Shown in pieces: positions 55,104 to 64,000 of a DNA stretch of 64,000 nucleotides (positions within the stretch are counted from its first letter, which is position 1; the number at the start of each line of letters is the position of its first letter). Below the pieces are notes generated by a model that made no database searches, had not been told where the DNA came from, and saw only the letters and a list, made by a program, of their open reading frames with translations. This DNA comes from a virus: IMG/VR virus record IMGVR_UViG_3300034105_002232; one strand, given 5' to 3'. A program made the position numbers and the translations under genes.

Positions 55104-55655
55104 TTACAGGATGCCGGCCAGGCTGCGCAGGCTTTGTGTGTAGTCATTTTTGGGTGCTTTGGTGGTTACAGCAACACCAGCTGCATTACGCATCTCGTCT
55201 AATTCTTTAGTGCCAAACTTGCGTAGGTAGTCCTGCGTGGTCAACGGGACGTTTGTGCCAATAGAATCTGCAGTAAGCTCAAGTTCAGCTGGATTTGATC
55301 TAACAATCATGCGCCAATCATCCAAGTCTTGATCCGTTAAATTCATTAGATCTTTCATCATGCTCATGACAAGATCGGGAATATCGCGAGTTCTGTCACA
55401 TTCAACAAATACTATGTAGTCACCGTCATTCATTTCACCGGCGCTGATATCAGCGTCAATTACCCATTCATACCCTTTTTCAATGAAATTTACCAGATCT
55501 TCAGCTGGCTCACGGCCTGTTACTTTGAAACTCAGTACAATAATATCTTCATCGCGACCCATCTTGCTTTTGTATTCGTCAATGTGCAACTCAGGATGTA
55601 CCAAGCGCATCAAATTGTTGGCTTCTAGCCCTTCGTTAATATTAGAATCCTGCAT
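55104..55655 (-). CDS. conserved hypothetical jumbo-phage protein
   Basis: IDEYKSKMG...VLSF...PA.DL..FIEKGY..V.DAD.S. Confidence 0.7.
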   Translation of the reverse strand: MQDSNINEGLEANNLMRLVHPELHIDEYKSKMGRDEDIIVLSFKVTGREPAEDLVNFIEKGYEWVIDADISAGEMNDGDYIVFVECDRTRDIPDLVMSMMKDLMNLTDQDLDDWRMIVRSNPAELELTADSIGTNVPLTTQDYLRKFGTKELDEMRNAAGVAVTTKAPKNDYTQSLRSLAGIL

Positions 55656-56214
55656 TTTGTTGTCCTTGGGTAGTAGATTCAATTCCTTGCGCAGCATTTA
55701 CCGGAGCAGCACTATCAGTCTTGTACATGTTATCTTCGGTACCAGTTTCGTAGCTTTGTTCGATGTCCTCAACGTCAATGGTGCCAGATTCCAGCTCTAG
55801 ACTACCTTGATTGATTTCTTGCATCAGCTGTTTGGGCATAACAATTTCCACAAGCCAAATTGGTACTCGGGCTTGTTTGGGTACGTGGGTACCTGGCTTA
55901 AAATCCTTGGGATCCTTGACTTTGACGGGATACTGTAAATGATCTTTTTTGTAGCGCACTTCGCACCCGTAATCTAGTAGTCTTTGCCCACCCCGCGGGT
56001 CCGGCATAAACTTATAGGGCCACATAAAAGTACAGGTTATAAAATACTTTTCATATTCAGGCCCTTGTACCAATTCGCCACGTTTCCAATTTTCAAACAC
56101 ATAAACATCTAGCTCGTCAATTACTCGCTCAAAGTCCAACAGGCTGTTTACAGCACTGTCTGTCAATGAAATAGTCTTGATGTTTTCGATTATATCTTTA
56201 ATATCTGTGGCCAT
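55642..56214 (-). CDS. conserved hypothetical jumbo-phage protein
   Basis: LLDFERV.DELD.Y...NW..GELV.GP...MPDP.G..RL. Confidence 0.7.
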   Translation of the reverse strand: MATDIKDIIENIKTISLTDSAVNSLLDFERVIDELDVYVFENWKRGELVQGPEYEKYFITCTFMWPYKFMPDPRGGQRLLDYGCEVRYKKDHLQYPVKVKDPKDFKPGTHVPKQARVPIWLVEIVMPKQLMQEINQGSLELESGTIDVEDIEQSYETGTEDNMYKTDSAAPVNAAQGIESTTQGQQNAGF

Positions 56215-56230
56215 ATTAATTCCTGTTCAA

Positions 56231-56779
56231 TTATTTATCGAATAATTCAGCTATCTCATTGGGAATCCAGGGAACTAGCATACGCTCAGGATGCCATACT
56301 ATGCCGGCCAAGTTACCATCTATCCATGCTTCGCAGTTGCCTTGGTCGTCATTGACTAGCACTGTTGCTTTTGTATGTGGCCGTTTAATATACAACGTAT
56401 GATAACTATTTACATGTTTGATTCCACTAAAATAACTAACGTTGTGAGTCACGTCAGCATGTCCACTAATATTGCCTATTTGCCCACCAAGTATATCAGT
56501 TAGTAAAAAACACCCATGACAGATTCCGATTACTGGCTTTTGTAACACCATCATGGCATGAGCCAGTCTAATTTCAGTTAAACGCCTGATTGTGCTATCG
56601 TTGCCGCCAGTTATAACAAAACAATCCAATTGATGCGCAATTGATTCAAAATTTTGATTGGGCCTGTTTGCAATAGGAAAAAGCGTATGTGTGTTAAAGA
56701 AGGAATACCACCCTTGCTCTAATGCATCATACGCTCTTTTTTTATGTAACAGGACTCGTTGGCTGAGCCCAATATTCAT
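56231..56779 (-). CDS. class I glutamine amidotransferase / peptidase C26-like
   Basis: TGGND, GICHG (catalytic Cys), VNSYH, WHPE. Confidence 0.88.
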   Translation of the reverse strand: MNIGLSQRVLLHKKRAYDALEQGWYSFFNTHTLFPIANRPNQNFESIAHQLDCFVITGGNDSTIRRLTEIRLAHAMMVLQKPVIGICHGCFLLTDILGGQIGNISGHADVTHNVSYFSGIKHVNSYHTLYIKRPHTKATVLVNDDQGNCEAWIDGNLAGIVWHPERMLVPWIPNEIAELFDK

Positions 56780-57475
56780 TTACCAACCGTAAGCATCTGC
56801 AACAAGTTGTCGTCCGTCAACATTGGCAGTAGTGTTACGGCAGCTAATGTCATATAGATCCTTGCGCATCAAATTGACTAAAGATTCAATTCGTGTTTGC
56901 TCCTCGGCACTACTAACTAACTTCTCTAATGCCATTGCACCAATCTTACTATGGAAGCCTTCATCTTTGGCAATCTTGGCATAGGCATTACTAACAAATT
57001 CATCTTCAATGCAATCAGCCATTTGATTCCATACTGCTTCGGCACGGCCTTCGGCAACCAATTGATAAGCGGCTAGTGCTGCCGGGTCAGTTTCTGCACA
57101 GTATTTTTGTAATAGACTAGCACCTTTTGCTGTTGGGTTGGCAGCTTCAGCAGCAATAGCAGCAGCAACATTAACTGGGGAACCTTGGATATGTTCAATT
57201 ACTTCCTTGACCAGGCGAAAATGCACTGCTTCGTCGTGTGCTTGTTGGGTCAACAGTTGTAGTTCAACAGGATCTGCATCTGCAGGCATATTAGCCACTT
57301 GTTGAGCAATTTCTACCATGTTCATACGCTCGTTGATCATGCGACCGATAAAATGTGTAATCAATTCCTCTTGCGGGGGTTTACTATCAAAGTATGCTTT
57401 TACATTGATTTGACTTGCTTTAAACAATGCTTGATTTTCATCACGCAATTTGTTTACAAATTGTTTTGCGTTCAC
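56780..57475 (-). CDS. ferritin-like diiron protein
   Basis: E...DEAVH and E...DEGFH paired ExxH motifs. Confidence 0.75.
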   Translation of the reverse strand: MNAKQFVNKLRDENQALFKASQINVKAYFDSKPPQEELITHFIGRMINERMNMVEIAQQVANMPADADPVELQLLTQQAHDEAVHFRLVKEVIEHIQGSPVNVAAAIAAEAANPTAKGASLLQKYCAETDPAALAAYQLVAEGRAEAVWNQMADCIEDEFVSNAYAKIAKDEGFHSKIGAMALEKLVSSAEEQTRIESLVNLMRKDLYDISCRNTTANVDGRQLVADAYGW

Positions 57476-57514
57476 GGGGATTCTCCTTGTGTATATACCC
57501 TAATATTTATCAAT

Positions 57515-58189
57515 TTAACCGGTTGTTGGTCCATTTATGTTTCTTTCTTTATAAGTTCGACGACCTGCACGAATATGTTCATCCAACCAATGAGTTTCAA
57601 TTGGAGTTACGTACTTGTGATTGGCGTCTTTGTCAATGAACGCATTAATTGAATCGTTGTCCCATGCAATAGGAAAATCTAATATACCTGACAACCATTT
57701 GAGATAATACTTACCATGTAGGAAAAAAGCTTCATGATCTACAAAATGTACAGCATGCTCGCCGGGTAATATGTTTTCGTAATAATATTGTTGTGCAAGT
57801 GATAATGAACTGAACCCATTCATTAACCGTTGTTGTTGTACAGTATTGATATTCTTATCACGTACAATAATAGCAATGGTTACACGAATTCCCAATTCTG
57901 CTGCACGGTCGGCAACTTCGCGTATCTTAGGGACAATACGTACTCCGTCCATGTACACCGGACAACTTACATTGGCTAAAAAGTACTGACTGTTAGCAAA
58001 CTTGTCTGCAGTTAATCGTTCAGGATATTGCCAGTACTCTGCAAAGGGCTCAATATCGCTAGGAACCCAATATTGAGATTTTAAATCTTCCCAACCTTTA
58101 ACATCCGGATGTTGACTCAAAATCCTACTAAAAAAATGATTGCCGGACCCTTGTGGTCCAGTGACAATCAATAGATGTTTTTCCTGCAT
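57515..58189 (-). CDS. P-loop/sulfotransferase-like protein
   Basis: TGPQGSGN..., HP.V, IVRD. Confidence 0.55.
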   Translation of the reverse strand: MQEKHLLIVTGPQGSGNHFFSRILSQHPDVKGWEDLKSQYWVPSDIEPFAEYWQYPERLTADKFANSQYFLANVSCPVYMDGVRIVPKIREVADRAAELGIRVTIAIIVRDKNINTVQQQRLMNGFSSLSLAQQYYYENILPGEHAVHFVDHEAFFLHGKYYLKWLSGILDFPIAWDNDSINAFIDKDANHKYVTPIETHWLDEHIRAGRRTYKERNINGPTTG

Positions 58190-58197
58190 AATTTTTC

Positions 58198-58431
58198 CTA
58201 TTTAAAAAAGTATATGTAAATTAGGCCCGGGATGATAATAAAGTATTGCGGAATAAAATTAAGCATCAATGCTTTCTCATTCCATCGCCATCCCACATAA
58301 ATCCAGCCTGCTGCTCCTACCATTTGCAGTAAACTATTCCACGGAGTTAACCCTAGTACATGAAATACCATTGCAACTAAAATTGTGCATGCACTTGCAT
58401 ACTTAATATACCAAACGTGATCGTGTTTCAT
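58198..58431 (-). CDS. small membrane protein (DUF6552-like)
   Basis: Three hydrophobic helices; PWN...G..GW..VG..W.E.AL..N. Confidence 0.65.
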   Translation of the reverse strand: MKHDHVWYIKYASACTILVAMVFHVLGLTPWNSLLQMVGAAGWIYVGWRWNEKALMLNFIPQYFIIIPGLIYIYFFK

Positions 58432-59012
58432 TTAATCAATGCTACTAGCACATCGGGATAAGTTCTGTCTACTGTAACAGTTTGGCCCATATTTGTTAAC
58501 ACCCAATTGGCTGTAAAGTATTCCCACGTGACATTGTTCTTACACCCATATTCTAATATCTGTTGGTTTGATCTTGATATCTCGTACAACATGTTAGTAC
58601 TATCTTTGTACCATTTATAATCTGGGTACTGAATTTGAAAGCCACCAGCTTCGTGCCACCAGGAGTAACTGGTCAGGTCAGGACGATACACCAGCATTAT
58701 CCAGTCATCTGAATAACATTTTTCTATTTCGTCAAACTTGTCAGGCCAGTTATGACTCTTAACTAAACGACAACCACCTGGGTTTGCCCATGCTTGATCA
58801 ATATAATTATGATCTGACCACAAGATCAATGGTTCAAACTCCATACCCCACCCAAAATAAGCACCAAGATGGCCAGTATAGGCATGATGTGTATAGGTTC
58901 TGCTAGGTAAGCGATCACTGGTATTAAATCCTGCACCAGATTCTAATGCCTGAGCAATACCGCTCCATCGGCTTCCCGGAACACCAGTAAAAAAGATCCT
59001 ATTGGGTAACAT
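58428..59012 (-). CDS. P-loop/sulfotransferase-like hypothetical protein
   Basis: TGVPGSRWS, KSH, VYR. Confidence 0.55.
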   Translation of the reverse strand: MLPNRIFFTGVPGSRWSGIAQALESGAGFNTSDRLPSRTYTHHAYTGHLGAYFGWGMEFEPLILWSDHNYIDQAWANPGGCRLVKSHNWPDKFDEIEKCYSDDWIMLVYRPDLTSYSWWHEAGGFQIQYPDYKWYKDSTNMLYEISRSNQQILEYGCKNNVTWEYFTANWVLTNMGQTVTVDRTYPDVLVALIK

Positions 59013-59026
59013 GTATAACTATAGTT

Positions 59027-59554
59027 ATGCATACTCAACAATCGCTTAATAATTATTTCAGCAATCACTGGCGAGGCTACTTGAATCTATATCAGTATTC
59101 TGGAGTTAATCTTGCCAAAAAGATTCAACACAATGAATATGTTTTAGACGTAGGATGTGGATTAAACGCTTTTAAATCACTAGTGCCCAATTTGATAGGT
59201 ATTGATCCTGCGTTCCCGCAAGCAGATCATCAGATTGCTATAGAAGATTTTAGAACAACTCAATTATTTGATGTTGCTTTTTGTTTAGGAAGTATTAACT
59301 TTGGTAATGAAACCAAGATTAAAAATCAGATTCAGCGTGTAATAAGTTTGCTCAAACCTGCTGCTAGGATATACTGGCGTTGTAACCCCGGACGACAGGA
59401 TCACGGTAATACAGAATGTAAGTCAATTGAATTTTTTCCGTGGAGCCCGGAGTTATTAATAGAATATGCAACTCAATTTGGTTTTGAGGTACTGGATATT
59501 AAGAATGACCTAAACAACAGGATCTATTGTGAGTGGGCACGGTCTATTACTTAG
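59027..59554 (+). CDS. class I SAM-dependent methyltransferase
   Basis: VLDVGCG, GIDP, FDV...LGSINF, LKP. Confidence 0.85.
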   Translation: MHTQQSLNNYFSNHWRGYLNLYQYSGVNLAKKIQHNEYVLDVGCGLNAFKSLVPNLIGIDPAFPQADHQIAIEDFRTTQLFDVAFCLGSINFGNETKIKNQIQRVISLLKPAARIYWRCNPGRQDHGNTECKSIEFFPWSPELLIEYATQFGFEVLDIKNDLNNRIYCEWARSIT

Positions 59555-59651
59555 TTTATAAAAATATTTTATCTATAGTGTTTAAATGAACAATTCAAAC
59601 TCTTAAATATTTGAGTAGACGTTGAGTCTACACCATAACCAGGAGGCAGTC

Positions 59652-60389
59652 TTGAGCAAACGCCGTCGCAGCGAAGTAGCACAATTAACCGTAGTAAGCA
59701 ACAATAACACAACTAGTTTTGATACCTACCAAAAGCAACGTAAACCAATAGCATTAACCCCTAAAAGTCGTAACCAAGAAACCTACATAGATTTACTAGA
59801 AAATCCACAACGCTTAATAGTATTTGCATCAGGCCCGGCAGGCACAGGCAAAACTATGCTGGCTGTGTTGGCTGCATTAAAAGCATTTAGAGCTGGAGAA
59901 TGCTCTCGAATTGTTATTACCAGGCCCGCAGTAGGCGTTGATGACGAGCAACATGGATTTTTGCCGGGTACACTAAATCAAAAGATGGAGCCGTGGACAC
60001 GCCCCATATTTGATATTATAGAAGAGTATTATAAACCACAGGAAGTGGCTCGTTTGCTAGACGAAAAATATATAGAGATTGCTCCACTAGCTTACATGCG
60101 TGGGCGGACATTTAAAAACTCGTGGATCATTGCTGATGAAATGCAGAATGCCACACCTTCTCAGATGAAAATGCTGCTCACTAGACTAGGAGAAAATTCC
60201 AAGATGGTTGTAACCGGGGACACCCAGCAGGCCGACCGTAAGGCCAAGGACAACGGATTGCTAGATTTTCAGCGGCTATTAGCCAACTTTGGAAACAGCC
60301 AATACATTGCTGGTGTTGAATTTGCTATCAAAGATGTTCGTAGACATCCAGCTGTAGCAGAAGTTCTTAAATTGTACGGGGAGGAATAG
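59652..60389 (+). CDS. phoH: PhoH-like ATPase
   Basis: GPAGTGKT, TRP, GFLPG, YMRGRT, DE.QN, TRLG, GD..Q; TTG start after AGGAGG. Confidence 0.95.
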   Translation: MSKRRRSEVAQLTVVSNNNTTSFDTYQKQRKPIALTPKSRNQETYIDLLENPQRLIVFASGPAGTGKTMLAVLAALKAFRAGECSRIVITRPAVGVDDEQHGFLPGTLNQKMEPWTRPIFDIIEEYYKPQEVARLLDEKYIEIAPLAYMRGRTFKNSWIIADEMQNATPSQMKMLLTRLGENSKMVVTGDTQQADRKAKDNGLLDFQRLLANFGNSQYIAGVEFAIKDVRRHPAVAEVLKLYGEE

Positions 60390-60406
60390 GTTATCGTAAA
60401 TACTGG

Positions 60407-61408
60407 ATGCTGAACTACAAAGATATACGCCGCGTACACCTTGAGATAAGCACCAGGTGTAATGCGGCGTGCCCTGAATGTCCACGAAATTTTCGTGGTG
60501 TTGACATAGTAGACACCTATCCCATATGTGATATGAGTTTAGATCAGGCAAAAAAGATCTTTACAACTTCTTTTTTATTACAATTAGATCAAATTCTCAT
60601 CAATGGCAATTACGGTGATTTTATCACTGCACATGATGGTCTGGAGATTGTGGAATATTTTTTAACAGTCAATCCCAACATAAAAATCATAATCAGCACA
60701 AATGCCAGCGGCCGTCCACATATATGGCGTCAATTAGGTGAGCTTGGGGTAGAAGTTCAGTTTAGAATTGATGGACTAGCAGATACTCATCATCTGTATA
60801 GACAATATACAAACTTTGAATTAATATTGGAGAATGCATTAAAGTTTATACAAGCAGGAGGCTATGCCATATGGGCAATGATTAAATTTGATCATAACAA
60901 ACATCAGATATCTCAGGCTGAAATATTATCTAAAGCAATGGGATTTAAAAGATTTGAATTGGTTGATGCTGGTAGGGACACCACTGTGGTCTTTACTAGA
61001 GATAAACAACTTAGTCACGTAATAGGCAATTATCAAGGACCAACAGACTATGATTTATTATATGATCAATATCAACAGTATATTAGCAATCCTGACATTA
61101 CTTTAAAAAAAGTACAAATACAAGAACGAACCATTAAATGTTATTCAAAAGAAAATAAAGAAGTATATGTGTCTGCCAATGGAGAAATATATCCTTGTTG
61201 TTGGTTAGGATTTTATCCTCTTAGTAAACAAGGAAATCCTAGTACGTTTCAGTTACGGCCGTTAATTAAAGAAAATAATGCACTTGAATATAGCATAGAA
61301 CATGCAATCGCATGGTTTAATCAAATTGAGTCTACGTGGAGTAAAACAGTACTAGATGGAAAAATCTATACTTGCAATGAGACCTGCGGGAGTAGAGCTG
61401 TAAGTTGA
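60407..61408 (+). CDS. radical SAM protein with C-terminal twitch domain
   Basis: CNAACPEC, GNYGD, STN, C...YPCC...C..TC. Confidence 0.88.
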   Translation: MLNYKDIRRVHLEISTRCNAACPECPRNFRGVDIVDTYPICDMSLDQAKKIFTTSFLLQLDQILINGNYGDFITAHDGLEIVEYFLTVNPNIKIIISTNASGRPHIWRQLGELGVEVQFRIDGLADTHHLYRQYTNFELILENALKFIQAGGYAIWAMIKFDHNKHQISQAEILSKAMGFKRFELVDAGRDTTVVFTRDKQLSHVIGNYQGPTDYDLLYDQYQQYISNPDITLKKVQIQERTIKCYSKENKEVYVSANGEIYPCCWLGFYPLSKQGNPSTFQLRPLIKENNALEYSIEHAIAWFNQIESTWSKTVLDGKIYTCNETCGSRAVS

Positions 61409-61869
61409 TTAACAGTATCCTCATAATCTTTATGCAATATACCTATACCACCAGAGACACGCCATTCTTCAATGTTGCTTCTCCGATCATCAATTAGTAT
61501 ATCCCCAGGCTGACAATGTTGATGTTTGTCCTTGCTAAAAGGACCAAACATAACAGGTATGGTTGCAAAGTAATTACGTGCCCAATACACTTTATCATTG
61601 AAAGCCCAGGGCACATCATTACCTTTTGGTACTGCAGTTAGAAATTTAAGATCGTAGTGTGTTTGTTTGCAAAACTGTTCACACTGATAAACCAATTGGG
61701 TTGCATAAGGAGTTGTTATTAGATCACGATAAAGTCTAGCATTGGTTGCTAGTTTGTACCAAATTTCGTCAGGATAGATTCCTTGGCTTGGTGGAACACT
61801 CAGGGTGCGAGCAGCGTATTCGTCGAAGTCGGCGACTACGCCGTCCATGTCTAAGTAAAGTGTTGGCAT
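61366..61869 (-). CDS. HAD-family 5'(3')-deoxyribonucleotidase
   Basis: DMDGVVADF, LTA, K, LIDD...NI..W...GG. Confidence 0.88.
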   Translation of the reverse strand: MPTLYLDMDGVVADFDEYAARTLSVPPSQGIYPDEIWYKLATNARLYRDLITTPYATQLVYQCEQFCKQTHYDLKFLTAVPKGNDVPWAFNDKVYWARNYFATIPVMFGPFSKDKHQHCQPGDILIDDRRSNIEEWRVSGGIGILHKDYEDTVNQLTALLPQVSLQV

Positions 61870-62106
61870 TTATTTTTTAAGTTTTGAATGTAATGCTTGT
61901 AGATAATTGGTTTGATTGTTTAACTTATTCTCAAGACGCTGTACTGTGTCTTTTAGTCTATGTACATCACTGGACAACATATTAATAACTGTTTCTTGGT
62001 CACGCAATTTCACTTGATGAGTCATTAGATTAGGGCGCGGTGGTGCGTTAGGATCAACAGCACGTTTTTTCTTAGACCGCATGGCCTTAAACAATTTTGG
62101 GTTCAT
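61870..62106 (-). CDS. hypothetical coiled-coil protein
   Basis: 78-aa ORF after a TAAATA box. Confidence 0.65.
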   Translation of the reverse strand: MNPKLFKAMRSKKKRAVDPNAPPRPNLMTHQVKLRDQETVINMLSSDVHRLKDTVQRLENKLNNQTNYLQALHSKLKK

Positions 62107-62115
62107 ATATAGTAT

Positions 62116-63255
62116 TTACTCCTTTAACAAAGCCGTTAGTTTTGGTAAGTAATCATTTATGTTCAAATTTCTAAACTCCTTTGTAAGATTGATTTCTTCA
62201 AAAAATTTATTCCGCATAGACGATGAGTAATTTACTGTTTTAATATAATCAACTAAAAATGATAAATTAAAGTTTATTTCCTGCAAATATGTAATTATAC
62301 TATGCTTTTCTTTATCATTGAATATTTGTAGAGAGTAATGCAACGGATATTCGCAAAATATCCATGCAGGTTCAATTTTTAGTTCTTGCACTAATTCGAT
62401 AACAGGATCCAAATACAATATGTTTAACGCACTTATTACAGTATGAGTATTAAAACTGATGTTAGATTCACGCAAAAATTTAATATTATTTAAAACAGCA
62501 TCCCAACTACCTGTAGTTCTAATGTAATAAAATTGCTCTTTGGTGGCATCTAAGCTTAATGTGATATGTACTTTTTTAAATTTCTTAAGTGTATCGTGCA
62601 TTTTACCATGAATTTCTACAGTTCCGTTAGAAGTGTAATATAAGGTACAATTTGATGAGTTGCCGTCACTAATAATCTTTTCTAATATCTTCAGATGACT
62701 TAAATTTAAGAAAGGTTCACCGCCCATAATAGATACTTTTTCGACTGAACTAAAATCTTCGTTACAAACATTCTCTAATAGAGATTGTGTGTATCCGGCA
62801 CCTGTATATTTTTTATTTGGGAATAATTTCTTATGCTTCCATTCATCCTCAATCCAATGACTAGAACTTGACCATGATCCGCAGGTCCTGCAGGCCAAGT
62901 TACAATTGATCCCGCTATTAATTACTAAATTTTTTATTTTCTTATCAACGATCTGTTTGTTGTATGTGTCATGTAATTGTTCCAAGGTTGGATTATCATC
63001 TTGAAATAGCGCATATTGCCGTAAACTTGTTATTCCGTTGTTCTCATCGTCCCAGCACCCGCTACATTCAACACTTTTTATTCCTTTTAAAATATTTTTT
63101 TGGATATTCACAACTGTAGGAGAATTAATTAGGTTATGGAACGTTATGTTTTTTTGTCCTGGTATCGAAACCTCGCAACAAATGTTTGATAATCGATGAT
63201 CAAATCCACCAAAGGCATTGGTGCAATAGGTGTTAAGATTTAATTTGTCTGTCAT
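62116..63255 (-). CDS. radical SAM protein with twitch/SPASM-like N-terminal domain
   Basis: CC...C.GCW..E; CNLACRTC; GGEPF; TSNG. Confidence 0.87.
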   Translation of the reverse strand: MTDKLNLNTYCTNAFGGFDHRLSNICCEVSIPGQKNITFHNLINSPTVVNIQKNILKGIKSVECSGCWDDENNGITSLRQYALFQDDNPTLEQLHDTYNKQIVDKKIKNLVINSGINCNLACRTCGSWSSSSHWIEDEWKHKKLFPNKKYTGAGYTQSLLENVCNEDFSSVEKVSIMGGEPFLNLSHLKILEKIISDGNSSNCTLYYTSNGTVEIHGKMHDTLKKFKKVHITLSLDATKEQFYYIRTTGSWDAVLNNIKFLRESNISFNTHTVISALNILYLDPVIELVQELKIEPAWIFCEYPLHYSLQIFNDKEKHSIITYLQEINFNLSFLVDYIKTVNYSSSMRNKFFEEINLTKEFRNLNINDYLPKLTALLKE

Positions 63256-63575
63256 ATGTAATACTTATCACTGGGTATGCTAGGAAACTTGATTGCAACT
63301 ACGCTGGTATCTTCTAGATATTCAGCATAATAATGTTCTCCAGGCTCGGACATATAAATATCGCCAGCAGCAAACTCTACATTGTTGATAATCATACGAC
63401 CACTGGTAATCAGCTGCAACTCTGTTATCACACGGTGGTAGTGAGGAGTGTCCTTTGTACCGGCAGCATTGCTCTGCCAACACACTTCAAAGTCTTTGGT
63501 TCTAACAGCAGCACCATCAAAATCTCCAACGAACCAACCTCTAGCACCCAACTCACTGAGTTTCAATTTCTTCAT
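63252..63575 (-). CDS. cupin-domain protein
   Basis: RGWFVGDF, HYH...TE, GDI...PGE, K.PS...DKY. Confidence 0.8.
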   Translation of the reverse strand: MKKLKLSELGARGWFVGDFDGAAVRTKDFEVCWQSNAAGTKDTPHYHRVITELQLITSGRMIINNVEFAAGDIYMSEPGEHYYAEYLEDTSVVAIKFPSIPSDKYYI

Positions 63576-63927
63576 GCCGGCCTGCGTCAACTTCTGATTG
63601 CATTTCATCCAACATCCGATTAAAGTATTTGGCATCCAAATTGGTCATCACTTCGGTCACGTACTTGTGATAACCCTTGAAGAAATATTTAAACATCTCA
63701 TTGAAGTCCTTGTTGTTGTTAAACCCGTTACGCTCAACTGTTTTTGTTGATAGGTTTAACACAACTTTGGCACTGACATCTTTGTTGCGCAGTTTGGTTT
63801 GTATTGCCACTTGCTCGTCATATTGATGATTGGCCGGATCTTTCATATACCCTGGAATATAAGTTTTCTTGGGATCTCGCGGCTTTGTTACATAGTTGGC
63901 TACAAGGTAAATTGATTTTGTCTTCAT
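63553..63927 (-). CDS. hypothetical phage protein
   Basis: 124-aa ORF after a TAAATA box. Confidence 0.7.
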   Translation of the reverse strand: MKTKSIYLVANYVTKPRDPKKTYIPGYMKDPANHQYDEQVAIQTKLRNKDVSAKVVLNLSTKTVERNGFNNNKDFNEMFKYFFKGYHKYVTEVMTNLDAKYFNRMLDEMQSEVDAGRHEEIETQ

Positions 63928-64000
63928 AGATTATTTAAGATAAGTTTTAAGATTTTCGTTCCACTCAATAAGTTTTGTTTCTAGTCTATCTAGTGGCCAT

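Noticed and set aside
2033-63623. Numerous short ORFs in the track that are antisense to or nested in longer genes (e.g. 3451-3966, 5299-5784, 37050-37622)
   Set aside because: They are shadows of well-supported genes on the other strand or frame, with no motifs or RBS
1-64000. Stop-codon reassignment as in some jumbo phages
   Set aside because: Known genes are full length in the standard code, and TAA, TAG and TGA all end genes at expected positions
1-64000. Bacterial chromosome or prophage origin
   Set aside because: T4-like polymerase, clamp, RNase H, spanins and TAAATA boxes are interleaved with the metabolic genes; no integrase or bacterial housekeeping operon structure
63931-64000. 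Partial ORF at the right edge (…WPLDRLETKLIEWNENLKTYLK*)
   Set aside because: Probably the end of a real minus-strand gene, but too little sequence to assign

Overview
This window is a 64-kb internal segment of a large lytic dsDNA bacteriophage genome (jumbo, distantly T4-like myovirus type), read in the standard genetic code. It is densely coding and almost entirely on the minus strand. The spanin pair points to a Gram-negative host. Content: (1) replication and nucleotide genes: family B DNA polymerase, sliding clamp, RNase H, thyA, DHFR, 5'-nucleotidase, PhoH. (2) A dispersed 7-deazaguanine DNA-modification set: folE, queD, queE, a second QueD-fold protein, a TGT/DpdA-like transglycosylase, metK and a PRTase, with no queC in the window. 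It is interleaved with sugar-nucleotide, glycosyltransferase, sulfotransferase and radical SAM genes. (3) A MoxR AAA+/VWA pair, ClpA/DnaJ/Dps, a cluster of probable internal head proteins and an extended lysis cassette. The strongest novel candidates are an ORF built of in-frame cassettes delimited by an 18-bp DNA repeat (QGVAEG), a riboswitch-like leader on the queD-queE-metK operon, a GC-rich structured RNA-like element at about 39.95-40.02 kb, and a possible glycosylated or sulfated 7-deazaguanine DNA hypermodification pathway. All calls come from motif recognition by eye; no database searches were run.
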